Source of the DNA: Chthoniobacteraceae bacterium
GTDB taxonomy: Bacteria; Verrucomicrobiota; Verrucomicrobiia; Chthoniobacterales; Chthoniobacteraceae
Direction: 5' to 3'
Assembly (NCBI GenBank): GCA_031409655.1
Contig: JANNXQ010000039.1
Span: forward strand, 1 to 43,467
DNA: 43,467 nt
A model generated the notes under the pieces. The model did no database searches and was not told the DNA's origin. It saw only the letters and a list, made by a program, of their open reading frames with translations. Shown here in pieces: positions 19,338 to 29,179 of the stretch. A program made the position numbers and the translations under genes. The first letter of the stretch is position 1. Every line of letters begins with the position of its first letter.

Positions 19338-20884
19338 CCCGCCACCTCCTCAGGCACGTTTTCTTCCCGCCTGGAGGGTCGTCCGCCGAGGTCCTGATCG
19401 AGCGCATCGGCCGCGATCCAGCCCGACATCAGCACCATCGGCATGCCGGGTCCGGGATGCGCGGCACCCCCCGCGAGATAGAGGCCGCGCACGTCGGGGC
19501 TGCGATTGCTGGGCTTGAAGGCGCCGAGGAAACGCCCGTGGCTCGCAAGGCCGTAGATGGCGCCATCGAGCACGTGGTAGCGACTGTGGATGTCCGCTGG
19601 AGTGAGCGTGCTTTCGCAAACGATCCGCGACTCGATGTCCTCGAGTCCGGCCGTGCGCTTGAGTTTATCGAGGATCACGCGGCGATACTCGGGCAGCATC
19701 TTCGACCAATCCTGACCGGGCCGCAGATAGGGGGTGTGGACGAGCACGTAGAGCGCTTCGCCGCCAGCCGGGGCGACGGCGGGATCGGTCTGCGCTGGAG
19801 CGGCGACGTAGCAGGTGGGATCAGGCGCAGGCACGCCTTCGCGGTAGATCGCGTGAAACTCCTCCTCGGGATCGCGCGAGAAGACGAAGTTGTGATGCAG
19901 CAGATGGTCGTAACGCTTACGCAGGCCGAGGTAGAGCACCACGCCGGAGCAGGCGGGTTCGTAGCGGCGGCGCTTGGTAAAGGCCTGCTCCGGCTTGCCG
20001 CCGAGCAGTTCGCGATGGGTCCGCACGGAATCGCAATTCGACACCACCGCCTCGACTTCGATCGTTCCGCCGCCGCGGACATTGACGGCGCGGACCGCGC
20101 CATTCTCCGTGACGATGCGCTCAACGTGCGCCCCGGTGCGGAAGTCCACGCCGAGATCGCTCGCGAGTTCGCGCAGCGCTTGCGGAATCGCGCCGGTGCC
20201 ACCGATCGGATACCAGATGCCCTCCTGGGTCTGCATGTGCGCGATGCCGCAAAGCACCGCGGGAGAAGCGTCCGGAGCGGAGCCCACGTATTGCGTAAAA
20301 TGATCGACCATTTGGGCCACCCGCGATTCCCGGATGTGGCTGCGCACGACGCCACCCACGGTGCGTCCGGGGCGCATCGCGAGCACGTCACCGAGCACGC
20401 TGGCCTGCATCGAAGCGCGCGCGTCGAACATGTCGCGGAGTCCGCCGACTGGCCGCCAGAAAAAGTAATCGTCCGAGATGCGGTGCAGACGTTTCGAGAG
20501 CGCGAGGAAGCGGTGGTAGCCAGTCTCGACATTGCTGCCGGGCGCAAAGGCGCGGAGTTTCGCGCTCATCGCCTCGGGGTCGGAGAGCAGATCGAGGGTC
20601 GAGCCGTCTTCAAAGAAGGAACGCCACTGCGGGTCGAGTTGCACGAGTTCGAGCGCGCTCGAAAGGTAGCGTCCGGCCTCGCGATAGATGCGCTCGAGCA
20701 CACCCGGCAGCGTCAGGATGGTCGGCCCCATGTCGAAGCGAAAGCCGTCCTTGCGGAGCACGGCCGCTTTGCCGCCGAGCCATTCGTTGCGTTCGAAGAG
20801 GATGACTTCGTGACCGCGGGCCGCGAGGACGCAGGCCGAGGCTAGGCCACCTAGGCCGCCGCCGATGATGCCGATGGGTTTCAT
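19334..20884 (-). CDS. crtP: Phytoene desaturase family protein, CrtP/CrtNb-like carotenoid oxidase
   Basis: IIGGGLGGL, FDMGPT, YEPACSGVVLYLG, GAIYGLASH, HPGPGMPMV resemble CrtP more than CrtN. Confidence 0.7.
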   Translation of the reverse strand: MKPIGIIGGGLGGLASACVLAARGHEVILFERNEWLGGKAAVLRKDGFRFDMGPTILTLPGVLERIYREAGRYLSSALELVQLDPQWRSFFEDGSTLDLLSDPEAMSAKLRAFAPGSNVETGYHRFLALSKRLHRISDDYFFWRPVGGLRDMFDARASMQASVLGDVLAMRPGRTVGGVVRSHIRESRVAQMVDHFTQYVGSAPDASPAVLCGIAHMQTQEGIWYPIGGTGAIPQALRELASDLGVDFRTGAHVERIVTENGAVRAVNVRGGGTIEVEAVVSNCDSVRTHRELLGGKPEQAFTKRRRYEPACSGVVLYLGLRKRYDHLLHHNFVFSRDPEEEFHAIYREGVPAPDPTCYVAAPAQTDPAVAPAGGEALYVLVHTPYLRPGQDWSKMLPEYRRVILDKLKRTAGLEDIESRIVCESTLTPADIHSRYHVLDGAIYGLASHGRFLGAFKPSNRSPDVRGLYLAGGAAHPGPGMPMVLMSGWIAADALDQDLGGRPSRREENVPEEVAG

Positions 20885-22170
20885 GATTGGTTGGGGTCTT
20901 TGGATTTTTTCAGGAGCGCGGAGAAAAGTTCGGAGAAGGCGTGCAGACGGGCGCGCAGGCCAGTGCCGTGGGCGGCGGCGATGTAAGCCGAGAAGATGCG
21001 GGCGTCGTCCGCGCCGGGCTCGTCGAAGTGGGGATGCGACTTGCCGCGGCGGATGGAAACAACGTGGGGGAAAGTCATCTCGAGCAGCCCTTCCTCCCCG
21101 CGCGTCGAGCCGTAGCCGCTCGCCTTCACTCCGCCAAAGGGCAGGCGCGGATCGGCGGTCGGGACGATGAGATCGTTGATCGTGACGAAGCCCGTCTTGA
21201 AGCGCGCGGCGAGTCTTTCCGCGGCGTCCGTGTCGCGGGTGAAGATGGATGCGCCCAGCGCAAACGGGGTGGAGGCGAGTTGCATCGCTTCGGCCGGATC
21301 GGTGAAACGTCGGATGGGTAGCGAGGTCACGCCCGCCTCCGCGAGTCGGGCGCGCAGCTCGGCGGCGATGCCATCGGCGACGAAAACGCGGCGGGGCGCG
21401 ATGCAGGTTTCGCCCTCGTTGAGCCGCGTGCCGAAACGCAGCGCCCGGGTGACGAGGTCGAGATCGGCATCTGCGAAAACGAAGACGGCGTCCGCGCCGG
21501 AAAGCTCCATGGTGGCGGGCGTATTCGTCGCGGCGAGTTGGGCGAGCACGTCGCGCCCATTCTTCGAGGAGCCAGTGAAGATGACCTTGTCCACGCCAGC
21601 GTCGATGGCCTCGCGGGCGGCGTCGGCGCTCACTGGCAGGACGACGAGCAGGGCAGGATCGAGTCCGGCACGGTAGGCCAGATGGGCAAAGGCGAGCGCG
21701 ACGGCTTGGGTGCGCGGGGCGGGCTTGAGCAGCACGGCATTGCCGGCGGCGAGCGCGTGCAAGGCGTGGACGGCGGGGAGGAAGAGCGGGTAATTCCCCG
21801 GGCCGATGACGAGCACGATGCCGTGCGGCTGGCGCTGCACCTCAAACGTGGCGCCCGCGAGCCAAAAGGGCCGGCCAGAGCGCCCACCTTTGCGCGTCGC
21901 GAGCACCGCATCCGCCCGGCGCTCGAGCCAGGCACAGGCCTCCGCGAGCGGGAGCACTTCGGACACGAGTTTCTCCGCGATGGGCCGCGCGGCGACGGCC
22001 GCAGCAGCCACCGCGAGTTCGTCCGCGTGGTCGGCAATGAGATGGCGCAGCGTGCGCACGATCTGCAGCCGCTCTTTCAGCGGGGTGAGCGCCCAGCGAG
22101 CCTGCGCGGCACACGAGTCGGCGATGTGGGTCGCGATGCCCGTCTCGGGCTTTTCGTCCACCGCGTTCAT
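20881..22170 (-). CDS. aldH: Aldehyde dehydrogenase (AldH/CrtNc-like diapocarotenoid aldehyde oxidase)
   Basis: PGNYP, LLKPAP, FTGS, MELSG, GETCIA, PFGGVKASG; located between two crt desaturases. Confidence 0.75.
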   Translation of the reverse strand: MNAVDEKPETGIATHIADSCAAQARWALTPLKERLQIVRTLRHLIADHADELAVAAAAVAARPIAEKLVSEVLPLAEACAWLERRADAVLATRKGGRSGRPFWLAGATFEVQRQPHGIVLVIGPGNYPLFLPAVHALHALAAGNAVLLKPAPRTQAVALAFAHLAYRAGLDPALLVVLPVSADAAREAIDAGVDKVIFTGSSKNGRDVLAQLAATNTPATMELSGADAVFVFADADLDLVTRALRFGTRLNEGETCIAPRRVFVADGIAAELRARLAEAGVTSLPIRRFTDPAEAMQLASTPFALGASIFTRDTDAAERLAARFKTGFVTINDLIVPTADPRLPFGGVKASGYGSTRGEEGLLEMTFPHVVSIRRGKSHPHFDEPGADDARIFSAYIAAAHGTGLRARLHAFSELFSALLKKSKDPNQS

Positions 22171-23709
22171 CTATACGGCCTCCAATTCCATGGAGGAAAA
22201 GGCCCCGCGCCGCTCTGTCTCGGGCTGCCGCTCGATGCCGAGATCGGCGATGAGCAAGCGCGAGCTGATCCGCGCGGACTCGAAGATGACTGGCAGACCG
22301 CTGCCCGGATGCGTGCCGCCGCCGACGAGATAGACGCCATCGAGATCCTCGAAACGATTGTTCGGCCGCAGATGCAGCATCTGATCGAGGCTGTGCGCGA
22401 GATTGAAGGTCGCGCCCATGTGGATGTGGTACTGGCTCTCCCAATCGTCAGGTGTGATCACGCGCTCGTAACAGATCCGCGACTCCACATCCGTGTAGCC
22501 GGCCTTTTTGATCTGCCGGAGCATGAGCGCGCGGTAGCGGGCGCGCTCGCGGCTCCAGTCCACATTCGGATGCTGATGCGTGACTGGGGCCAAAATGTAG
22601 AGGGCGCTTTTCCCGCGCGGCGCGAGGGTGGGATCGGTGACGCAGGCATTCTGGACGTAGAAGGAGGGATCGTCCGAGAGCACATGCTTGTTTTCGATCT
22701 CGTCGAGATTCCGGGCGTAGTCCTCGGAGATGTGGATCGTGTGATGCGGCAGATCGAAGGTCCCTTCGACGCCGAGGTACATCATGAAGGTGGAGCAGGA
22801 GAATTTTTTCCCCGCGATCTTCCGGTCCGTCCACTTCCGGCGCAGACGATCCGGCACGAGCTTCCGCATCGCGCGAGCGAAGTCCGCATTCACCACCACG
22901 GCTTGCGCCTTTTCCACTCCCGCCGCCGTGCGCACGCCGACCGCACGGCGCCCTTCAAAGAGCATCTCTTCGACCGGCGTATTTGTGCAGATCTCCACGC
23001 CGAGCCGCTCGGCCACGCGCGCCATCGCGGCCATCACCGCGCCAGTGCCGCCGATGGGGTGGAAGACGCCGTATTCGTATTCCAGGAAAGAAAGAATCGA
23101 GAACAAACTCGGACAGCGAAACGGGGACATCCCGAGGTATTTCGACTGAAAGGAGAAGGCCAGGCGGATGCGCGGATCGCGGAAGAAGCGCTTGAGATAC
23201 GTGTCCACCGATTGATGCGGACGGAGCATCGGGAGGAGCTTCATCAGGCGGACATTCACGACGTCCTGCCAGCCGAGGAAGGGTGACTCGAGGCACGGCA
23301 TCATGCGGCCCAGCTTGTCGCGATTTTCATCGAGGAAACGGCGGAAGCCCGGCGCGTCTGCGGGCGCGAGAGCGGCGATGGCTTGCTCCATGCGCGCGAT
23401 ATCCGGCGTGGCGTTCAACTCGCCCCCGGCCCCGAACATGATCCGATACTGTGGATCGAGCCGCACCATTTCGACTTCCGCGCCCAGAGTAGTGCCGGCG
23501 GCGGCGAAGATCTCCTCGAGCACCCGTGGGTAGAGGAAAAAGGTGGGACCGAGGTCGAATTTGAAACCTTCTGCCTCCAGGCAGGAACTGCGGCCACCGA
23601 CGGTGGGCAGGCGCTCGAGCACCTTCACTTTCGCCCCTGCACTTGCGAGGAGGATGGCCGAAGCGAGTCCGCCGGGTCCGGCGCCGATGACGATTACTGG
23701 TGGTTGCAT
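22171..23709 (-). CDS. crtN: Phytoene desaturase family protein, CrtN-like
   Basis: VIGAGPGGL, FDLGPT, FSFQSKYLGMSP, SCSTFMMYLG, GGGTHPGSGLPVI. Confidence 0.75.
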   Translation of the reverse strand: MQPPVIVIGAGPGGLASAILLASAGAKVKVLERLPTVGGRSSCLEAEGFKFDLGPTFFLYPRVLEEIFAAAGTTLGAEVEMVRLDPQYRIMFGAGGELNATPDIARMEQAIAALAPADAPGFRRFLDENRDKLGRMMPCLESPFLGWQDVVNVRLMKLLPMLRPHQSVDTYLKRFFRDPRIRLAFSFQSKYLGMSPFRCPSLFSILSFLEYEYGVFHPIGGTGAVMAAMARVAERLGVEICTNTPVEEMLFEGRRAVGVRTAAGVEKAQAVVVNADFARAMRKLVPDRLRRKWTDRKIAGKKFSCSTFMMYLGVEGTFDLPHHTIHISEDYARNLDEIENKHVLSDDPSFYVQNACVTDPTLAPRGKSALYILAPVTHQHPNVDWSRERARYRALMLRQIKKAGYTDVESRICYERVITPDDWESQYHIHMGATFNLAHSLDQMLHLRPNNRFEDLDGVYLVGGGTHPGSGLPVIFESARISSRLLIADLGIERQPETERRGAFSSMELEAV

Positions 23710-23850
23710 AGCGGAATACCTCCGAACTTTCGTCCGTCGTGCCGTTTCGGATGCGTCTCGATGGTGAGACACTGGCGTATGCGATGGGCGGCACTCGCGC
23801 TTCCCACGAGGGTCTGATTACATCTCATATTGCATTCGACTATCACGATC

Positions 23851-24300
23851 ATGAGCCATTGGCTTGATTTCTTTTCCCGCCCGGAAGGGCTCACGATTGG
23901 CGCGCCTGCTCCTGAAGTGGCGGTCGTCGATCAGGAAGGTGCGGCCGTAAATCTCGGTGAGGCCTATCGGCGCGGGCCGGTGCTGCTCTTCTTCTATCTC
24001 CGCGCGAACACGCCGGTTTGCACCATGCACGCCTGCCGCTACCGCGACTCCTTTGCCGAAATGCCGGAGAAGAATTTGCAGATCTTCGGCGTGAGCGGCG
24101 ACTCGCCGGAGCGGCTGAAAAAATTCCGCGAGAAGCGGAGCCTGCCCTACCGGTTGCTTTCGGACCCGGACGGGAAAATCGCGGCGGCCTTCCGGGTGCG
24201 CTCCTTTTTCGGCTTTCCGGAGAGGCGCGCTTTCCTCATCCGCGATGGCCGCATCGAGTGGGAGCGGCGGGCGGGGGATGTCTCGATGCTCGGTGCGTAG
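23851..24300 (+). CDS. Peroxiredoxin (BCP/PrxQ type)
   Basis: FYxxANTPVCTMHAC, GVSGD, LPYRLLSDPDG. Confidence 0.88.
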   Translation: MSHWLDFFSRPEGLTIGAPAPEVAVVDQEGAAVNLGEAYRRGPVLLFFYLRANTPVCTMHACRYRDSFAEMPEKNLQIFGVSGDSPERLKKFREKRSLPYRLLSDPDGKIAAAFRVRSFFGFPERRAFLIRDGRIEWERRAGDVSMLGA

Positions 24301-24335
24301 CGTCGGGTGATTGACGGGAGGCGTATCCTTATTGG

Positions 24336-24839
24336 ATGTCCATTCACGTTCTTCATTCGCGCCAGATCGTCCCTGCTTCCCTCGAAGAATGCTGGGCCTT
24401 CTTTTCCAATCCGCGGAATCTCGCGGAGATCACCCCGCCGGAGCTGGACTTCCAAGTCCTCAGTGACCTGCCTCCGGCGATGCACGCGGGGATGATGATC
24501 GAATACCGCGTCCGCCCTCTACTCGGCATCGCGGTGACATGGCTCACAGAGATCACCCACGTCGAACCGCTGCGGCGCTTCGTGGACGAGCAACGGGTCG
24601 GGCCCTACAAAATCTGGCATCACGAACACACCTTCACCGCCCTCGAAGGCGGCGGGACGGAGATGCGGGATACCATTCACTATGTTTTGCACGGATGGCT
24701 GGCGGGCGACGTGATCAATGCGCTCATCGTGCGGCGGGAGCTCGCAAAGATCTTCGGCCACCGGGAGATCGCGGTGGAGCGTCGATTTGGGAAGGTTTCG
24801 GGAAAAGAGCCACGTCCTCTGCAAGCAGTCGGCGGTTGA
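24336..24839 (+). CDS. SRPBCC family protein
   Basis: WAFFSNPRNLAEITPP, WLTEIT, FVDEQRVGPYKIWHHEH. Confidence 0.9.
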   Translation: MSIHVLHSRQIVPASLEECWAFFSNPRNLAEITPPELDFQVLSDLPPAMHAGMMIEYRVRPLLGIAVTWLTEITHVEPLRRFVDEQRVGPYKIWHHEHTFTALEGGGTEMRDTIHYVLHGWLAGDVINALIVRRELAKIFGHREIAVERRFGKVSGKEPRPLQAVGG

Positions 24840-24909
24840 GCGGAGAAAAAACCGGCCGCTGGTTCTCACGAGGTCACAGTTTTGCGCAGCGCCAAAACCC
24901 CCGCATTCC

Positions 24910-26040
24910 ATGTCTCATTTCCACCTTCGAGTTGCGCTCGTGTGCCTTGCGATCGTGAGCACGGCGGTAAACTCACGGGCAGAAGAAGCCTGGCGCCAGG
25001 CCCTGGCTGGTTGGGCCTACGAGTTCCCGCGCGATCACCTGCCGCATCCGGAGTTCAAGACGGAGTGGTGGTACTTCACGGGGAATGTGGCGGACGCGCG
25101 CGGCCGGCGGTTCGGCTACCAGCTCACTTTCTTTCGGCAGGGCTTACGTTCGCCTTCCGCGGCGCCAGCACCGGCCTCGCGCTTCGTGGTGGGTGATCTG
25201 AAATTTGCACACTTCGCCCTCACCGATGTCGGGGAAAAACGCTTTCGTTTTGGCCAGAAGATCAGCCGCGGCGCTTTCGCGGAAGCGGGTTTCAACGGGC
25301 CGGAAGCAGATGGAGCGACGCGGCTCGCATGGATCGAAGATTGGAGTCTCGTGCTCGATGCGGAAGGGGGCTTTGCCCTGCGCGCGGCGCATGCGGGCGT
25401 GCAACTCGCGCTGACGCTCAAGCCGGGCAAGCCGTGGACGATTCACGGACGCAATGGGATCAGTCAGAAAGCGGATGGCGAAGGTCGGGCGTCGCACTAC
25501 TACTCCGGCACGCGGCTCGAAAGCCGGGGGAAAGTCACGCTGGAAGGACAGGAGTTTGTCGTGACTGGGGAGAGTTGGTTTGACCACGAGTGGGCGACGA
25601 ATCAGCTCACGCCGGAGCAAATCGGTTGGGATTGGTTCAGCCTGCAATTTGACGACGGCTCCGAACTGATGCTCTACCAGATGCGCACGCGCGCCGGTGG
25701 CATCGACCCGAATTCCAGCGGCAGCTTCATCACCAAAGACGGCACCGTGCAGCACCTGACCCGCGAAGACTACCAACTCACGCCGCTCAAGACGTGGAAG
25801 AGTGGCGAGACCGGTGGCACCTACCCGATCGCGTGGCAGCTCGCCGTGCCTTCACTCAGCCTCACCGCGCGCATCGAGACGCCGGTGCGTGAACAGGAAC
25901 TCGTGCTCCAGCCGATCGCCTACTGGGAAGGCGTGATCGACATCTCCGGCAAGCGCGGTGCGGAGCCCGTGCGCGGCCACGGCTACATGGAGATGACCGG
26001 CTACGCGGGAAAACTCGTCGGCCTCTCGAGCGAGCGGTGA
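24910..26040 (+). CDS. AttH/CrtC-like lipocalin-fold secreted protein (carotenoid 1,2-hydratase family)
   Basis: FPRDH..HPEFKTEWWYFTGN, FGYQLTFFR, SWFDHEW, GWDWFSLQ, YWEG, GYMEMTGY. Confidence 0.85.
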   Translation: MSHFHLRVALVCLAIVSTAVNSRAEEAWRQALAGWAYEFPRDHLPHPEFKTEWWYFTGNVADARGRRFGYQLTFFRQGLRSPSAAPAPASRFVVGDLKFAHFALTDVGEKRFRFGQKISRGAFAEAGFNGPEADGATRLAWIEDWSLVLDAEGGFALRAAHAGVQLALTLKPGKPWTIHGRNGISQKADGEGRASHYYSGTRLESRGKVTLEGQEFVVTGESWFDHEWATNQLTPEQIGWDWFSLQFDDGSELMLYQMRTRAGGIDPNSSGSFITKDGTVQHLTREDYQLTPLKTWKSGETGGTYPIAWQLAVPSLSLTARIETPVREQELVLQPIAYWEGVIDISGKRGAEPVRGHGYMEMTGYAGKLVGLSSER

Positions 26041-26053
26041 CGCGGGCCGGCGG

Positions 26054-26836
26054 TCAGATCCGCTGCCAATTCGGTTTGTGCGAATAGACCCAGCGGTAGT
26101 ACTCCTCGCGCTTCAATTGCCGCGCCGCGGCTTCGTCGATCAGGCACTTGGCGGTCGGATGCATCTGGAGGATCGAGGCGGGATTCGTGGCCGTGATCGG
26201 CCCTTCGACGAGGTCGGCGACGGCGCGCCCTTTCCCTTCGCCGAAGGCCAGGAGCAGCACGGCCCGCGCGTCCATGATGGTGCCGACACCCATGGTGATG
26301 ACGTGAAAGGGAACGGCGTCGGCGCTGCCGAAGAAGCGCGCATTGTCGCTGCGGGTCCCGGCGGTCAGCGTCTTGATCCGGGTGCGTGAGGCGAGCGAGG
26401 AGGAGGGTTCGTTGAAGCCGATGTGGCCGTCGGTGCCGACGCCGAGCAACTGCAGATCGATGCCGCCCGCCGCGCGGATCGCGGCCTCGTAGGCGCGGCA
26501 TTCCGCAGGCACATCGGCAGCGAGGCCATCGGGAATGTGGATGCGCTCGCGCGGCACATTGATGTGACGGAAAAGATGCTCCCCCATGAAGGCGCGATAC
26601 GACTGCGGATGATCAGCCGGCAGGCCCACGTATTCGTCGAGGTTGAAGGCGGTGACGCGGGAGAAATCCAGGCCGTCTTCCCGGTGCAGGCGCACGAGTT
26701 CGGCATAGATCCGCAGCGGGGTGCTGCCGGTGGCGAGGCCGAGCACCGCATCCGGCTTCCGCCGCACGAGGTCCGCGATGATCCGCGCGGCGACGAGGCT
26801 CGCTTCCTCCGCGGTGGGTTGAATGATGATTTCCAT
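26054..26836 (-). CDS. nagB: Glucosamine-6-phosphate deaminase
   Basis: LGLATGSTP, FNLDEYVGL, GHIGFNEP, TMGVGTI. Confidence 0.96.
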   Translation of the reverse strand: MEIIIQPTAEEASLVAARIIADLVRRKPDAVLGLATGSTPLRIYAELVRLHREDGLDFSRVTAFNLDEYVGLPADHPQSYRAFMGEHLFRHINVPRERIHIPDGLAADVPAECRAYEAAIRAAGGIDLQLLGVGTDGHIGFNEPSSSLASRTRIKTLTAGTRSDNARFFGSADAVPFHVITMGVGTIMDARAVLLLAFGEGKGRAVADLVEGPITATNPASILQMHPTAKCLIDEAAARQLKREEYYRWVYSHKPNWQRI

Positions 26837-26846
26837 GCGCTGAAAG

Positions 26847-27701
26847 CTACGCGCCGATCCGCTTGCCCAGTTTCGCGACGACGTCGGTTTTGAAGCGGTT
26901 GATGAAGCCCGAGACGTACTCCACGATGTCGAGCGAGTCGTCGTGCGCGAGCGGCGTCAGATCCATGGCAAAGGCGACCATCTCGGCGACGTCCGTGGCG
27001 TGGCTGTCAAAGAAAGTCGCATTCGCGCGGCGGCGTCCGAGGGTCGCGAGGTCGTAGCGTTTTCCGCCGGCGATCTGGCTGTCAAAAATTCCGTTGAGCG
27101 CCGCCGCGAGATTTTCATGCGCGCTGAGATCGTGGACGAGCTTCTCGGCGTCCGGCATCCAATCCAGTCCCCGCCAGACTTCGCAGCCATGGACCTGCTC
27201 CGGACGCTGCCCGGGCGGCAGCGCGCGGATCGCCTGGATGACGGGCACCACCACGGCGATGTGGGTCTCGTGTTTGTCCGCGGGATTGTGGGTGTAGATG
27301 ACCCGCGGCCGCGTGGCCTTGAGGATCGCGACGAGATCGTCGCGGAGGTGCGGGTCGGCGGCGTCCTTCACGATGCGGCTCGGGTAGTCGAGTTGGATCA
27401 TCGCGGCGTAGCGTCCGACGAGCGCGGCCTGCTCCTGTTCGCGCCGACGGATGACCATCATCTCCGCGTCGCTGAAAGCGGCGTAGGCGCCGGTGCGCGC
27501 GCTGCCGGAACCATCGGTGCAGGTCACGCCGCCGAACCAATTTTCCTCTCCGTGAAAACATTTCAGGATGCCGTCGAAGGCCATGAACTCGAGATCATCC
27601 TGGTGCGCGCCGATCCCGAGATGGGTGATCCGCGCGAGTGCTTCCGTCTCTGGCTTGCCGTCGGGGATGAAAAGACTGGCGGTGGGATTGTGGAAGTTCA
27701 T
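26847..27701 (-). CDS. PIG-L/LmbE family deacetylase
   Basis: GAHQDDLE, TDGSG, RRREQ, THNPADKHETH. Confidence 0.88.
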   Translation of the reverse strand: MNFHNPTASLFIPDGKPETEALARITHLGIGAHQDDLEFMAFDGILKCFHGEENWFGGVTCTDGSGSARTGAYAAFSDAEMMVIRRREQEQAALVGRYAAMIQLDYPSRIVKDAADPHLRDDLVAILKATRPRVIYTHNPADKHETHIAVVVPVIQAIRALPPGQRPEQVHGCEVWRGLDWMPDAEKLVHDLSAHENLAAALNGIFDSQIAGGKRYDLATLGRRRANATFFDSHATDVAEMVAFAMDLTPLAHDDSLDIVEYVSGFINRFKTDVVAKLGKRIGA

Positions 27702-29098
27702 CGTTTCGTCGCGCGGCGGGCGGGAAGGCTGGCTGCGGCCACGGCCTGCCCGTGGCGCTTGTCCTTTTCGTCGGGCGTGCGGAGGTGGATCGCGCCGGCC
27801 AGAGCAGGGAACTCGGCATTCAAAACTTCGCGCGCTTTTTTGATGATGATCGCGCCGCCCTCGCCGCTCGTGACGCGCCCGAGGATGAGCAGATTCCGGA
27901 TCTCATAAAAGTCGGCAAAGTGCGCGATGGCGTAGCCAAAGCAGATGCCGATCGTCTCGTAAATCTGCCGGGCCCGCGCGTCGCCCGCCGCCATGAGCGT
28001 CTGGACCTCCACGAGCCGCTCGGGAAATTTCATCTCGGCGGGAAACTCGAGGCCAGCCAGCGGTGCGAGGCGGCCGATGCCTTGCTGGCAGAAATACTGC
28101 ACGGCGCAGCCGCGATCGCCGCTCCATTCATCGACGGGCGCGTCGTCGCGGTAGTCGATGGGGACGAAGGCCAGCTCGTTCAACCACGGCGCGATGAAGC
28201 CCTCGGGATTGACGTAACCGCCGGCGACGCTCGTGCCCATGGAGATGCCGAGCACGGCGTTTTCGCCGAGGCTCATGGAGCCCGCGAGCGCGGTCACTTC
28301 GCCATCATTCACGACTTCAAAGGGAACGCCGCCCCAGGTCTTCTGCAGTTCGAAGAATATCCGGCGAATCCGGCTGTCGAAATCTTCCGGCGAGACCCCG
28401 CGAAAGAGCGACGCCACGCGCACTTCGCTATTCACATACACGCCCGCCGCACTGCCGCCGATGGCATCGAGCCGCGGGAGATGCGCCGCCGCGCGTTGCA
28501 GCGATTCGTGGATGCCATCGAAGTGATACTGCGGATCACTTTCGAAATACGGATCCCAAGGCGTCTCCTCGGAAAAGACCACCTTTCCATCAATCACCGC
28601 GGCGCACTTCCGATCACTGCCGCCGAGATCGAAACCGATGCGGCACCCATCGAGATGCCGTCCGAGCGGCACGGAGATTTCGCGCGCGGGCGGCACCTCG
28701 TGCAGGGCCCGCGTCTCCACCACGAGGTCGCGGCCATAGACGCGGCGGCCCATGAATTCCCAATCAAACTTCCGCTCACCGTCCGGCGCGTAGATCCCGC
28801 GGAGCATTTCCGCCACGGCATCATCTCCGCCGATGATCACGCGCCAGCCGCCGCGTGCCCAGAGCAGCGTCTTCACGAGGCGCTCGACGTACTTTCGGTT
28901 CAGCGGAATGTTGGCGCCCTCGTGCGGCAGGACCCGGGTGTCGAAACGCGAAACCGTGCCATCCGCCCGCTCGAGGGCGATGGCGATCGGGTGCGCGCCG
29001 GGATCGGTGTCGCACTGCGCGCGATAGGCTCGATTCCAAAGGGCCGCGGGGACGAATCCAGGATCGAGCGGCGGGACGAACGCGGAGCGGAAATTCAT
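27698..29098 (-). CDS. ROK family protein (putative sugar kinase) with N-terminal extension
   Basis: GFDLGGSD, VVNDGEV, MGTSVAGG, NELAF. Confidence 0.85.
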   Translation of the reverse strand: MNFRSAFVPPLDPGFVPAALWNRAYRAQCDTDPGAHPIAIALERADGTVSRFDTRVLPHEGANIPLNRKYVERLVKTLLWARGGWRVIIGGDDAVAEMLRGIYAPDGERKFDWEFMGRRVYGRDLVVETRALHEVPPAREISVPLGRHLDGCRIGFDLGGSDRKCAAVIDGKVVFSEETPWDPYFESDPQYHFDGIHESLQRAAAHLPRLDAIGGSAAGVYVNSEVRVASLFRGVSPEDFDSRIRRIFFELQKTWGGVPFEVVNDGEVTALAGSMSLGENAVLGISMGTSVAGGYVNPEGFIAPWLNELAFVPIDYRDDAPVDEWSGDRGCAVQYFCQQGIGRLAPLAGLEFPAEMKFPERLVEVQTLMAAGDARARQIYETIGICFGYAIAHFADFYEIRNLLILGRVTSGEGGAIIIKKAREVLNAEFPALAGAIHLRTPDEKDKRHGQAVAAASLPARRATKR

Positions 29099-29179
29099 GG
29101 GGAAGCGGAAGAATGCCGAAGCGAAGTCCTGCCGGTCGAGGAGGGAATGGACGAACGCAGCGCTGCTGCGCGGAGGTTT

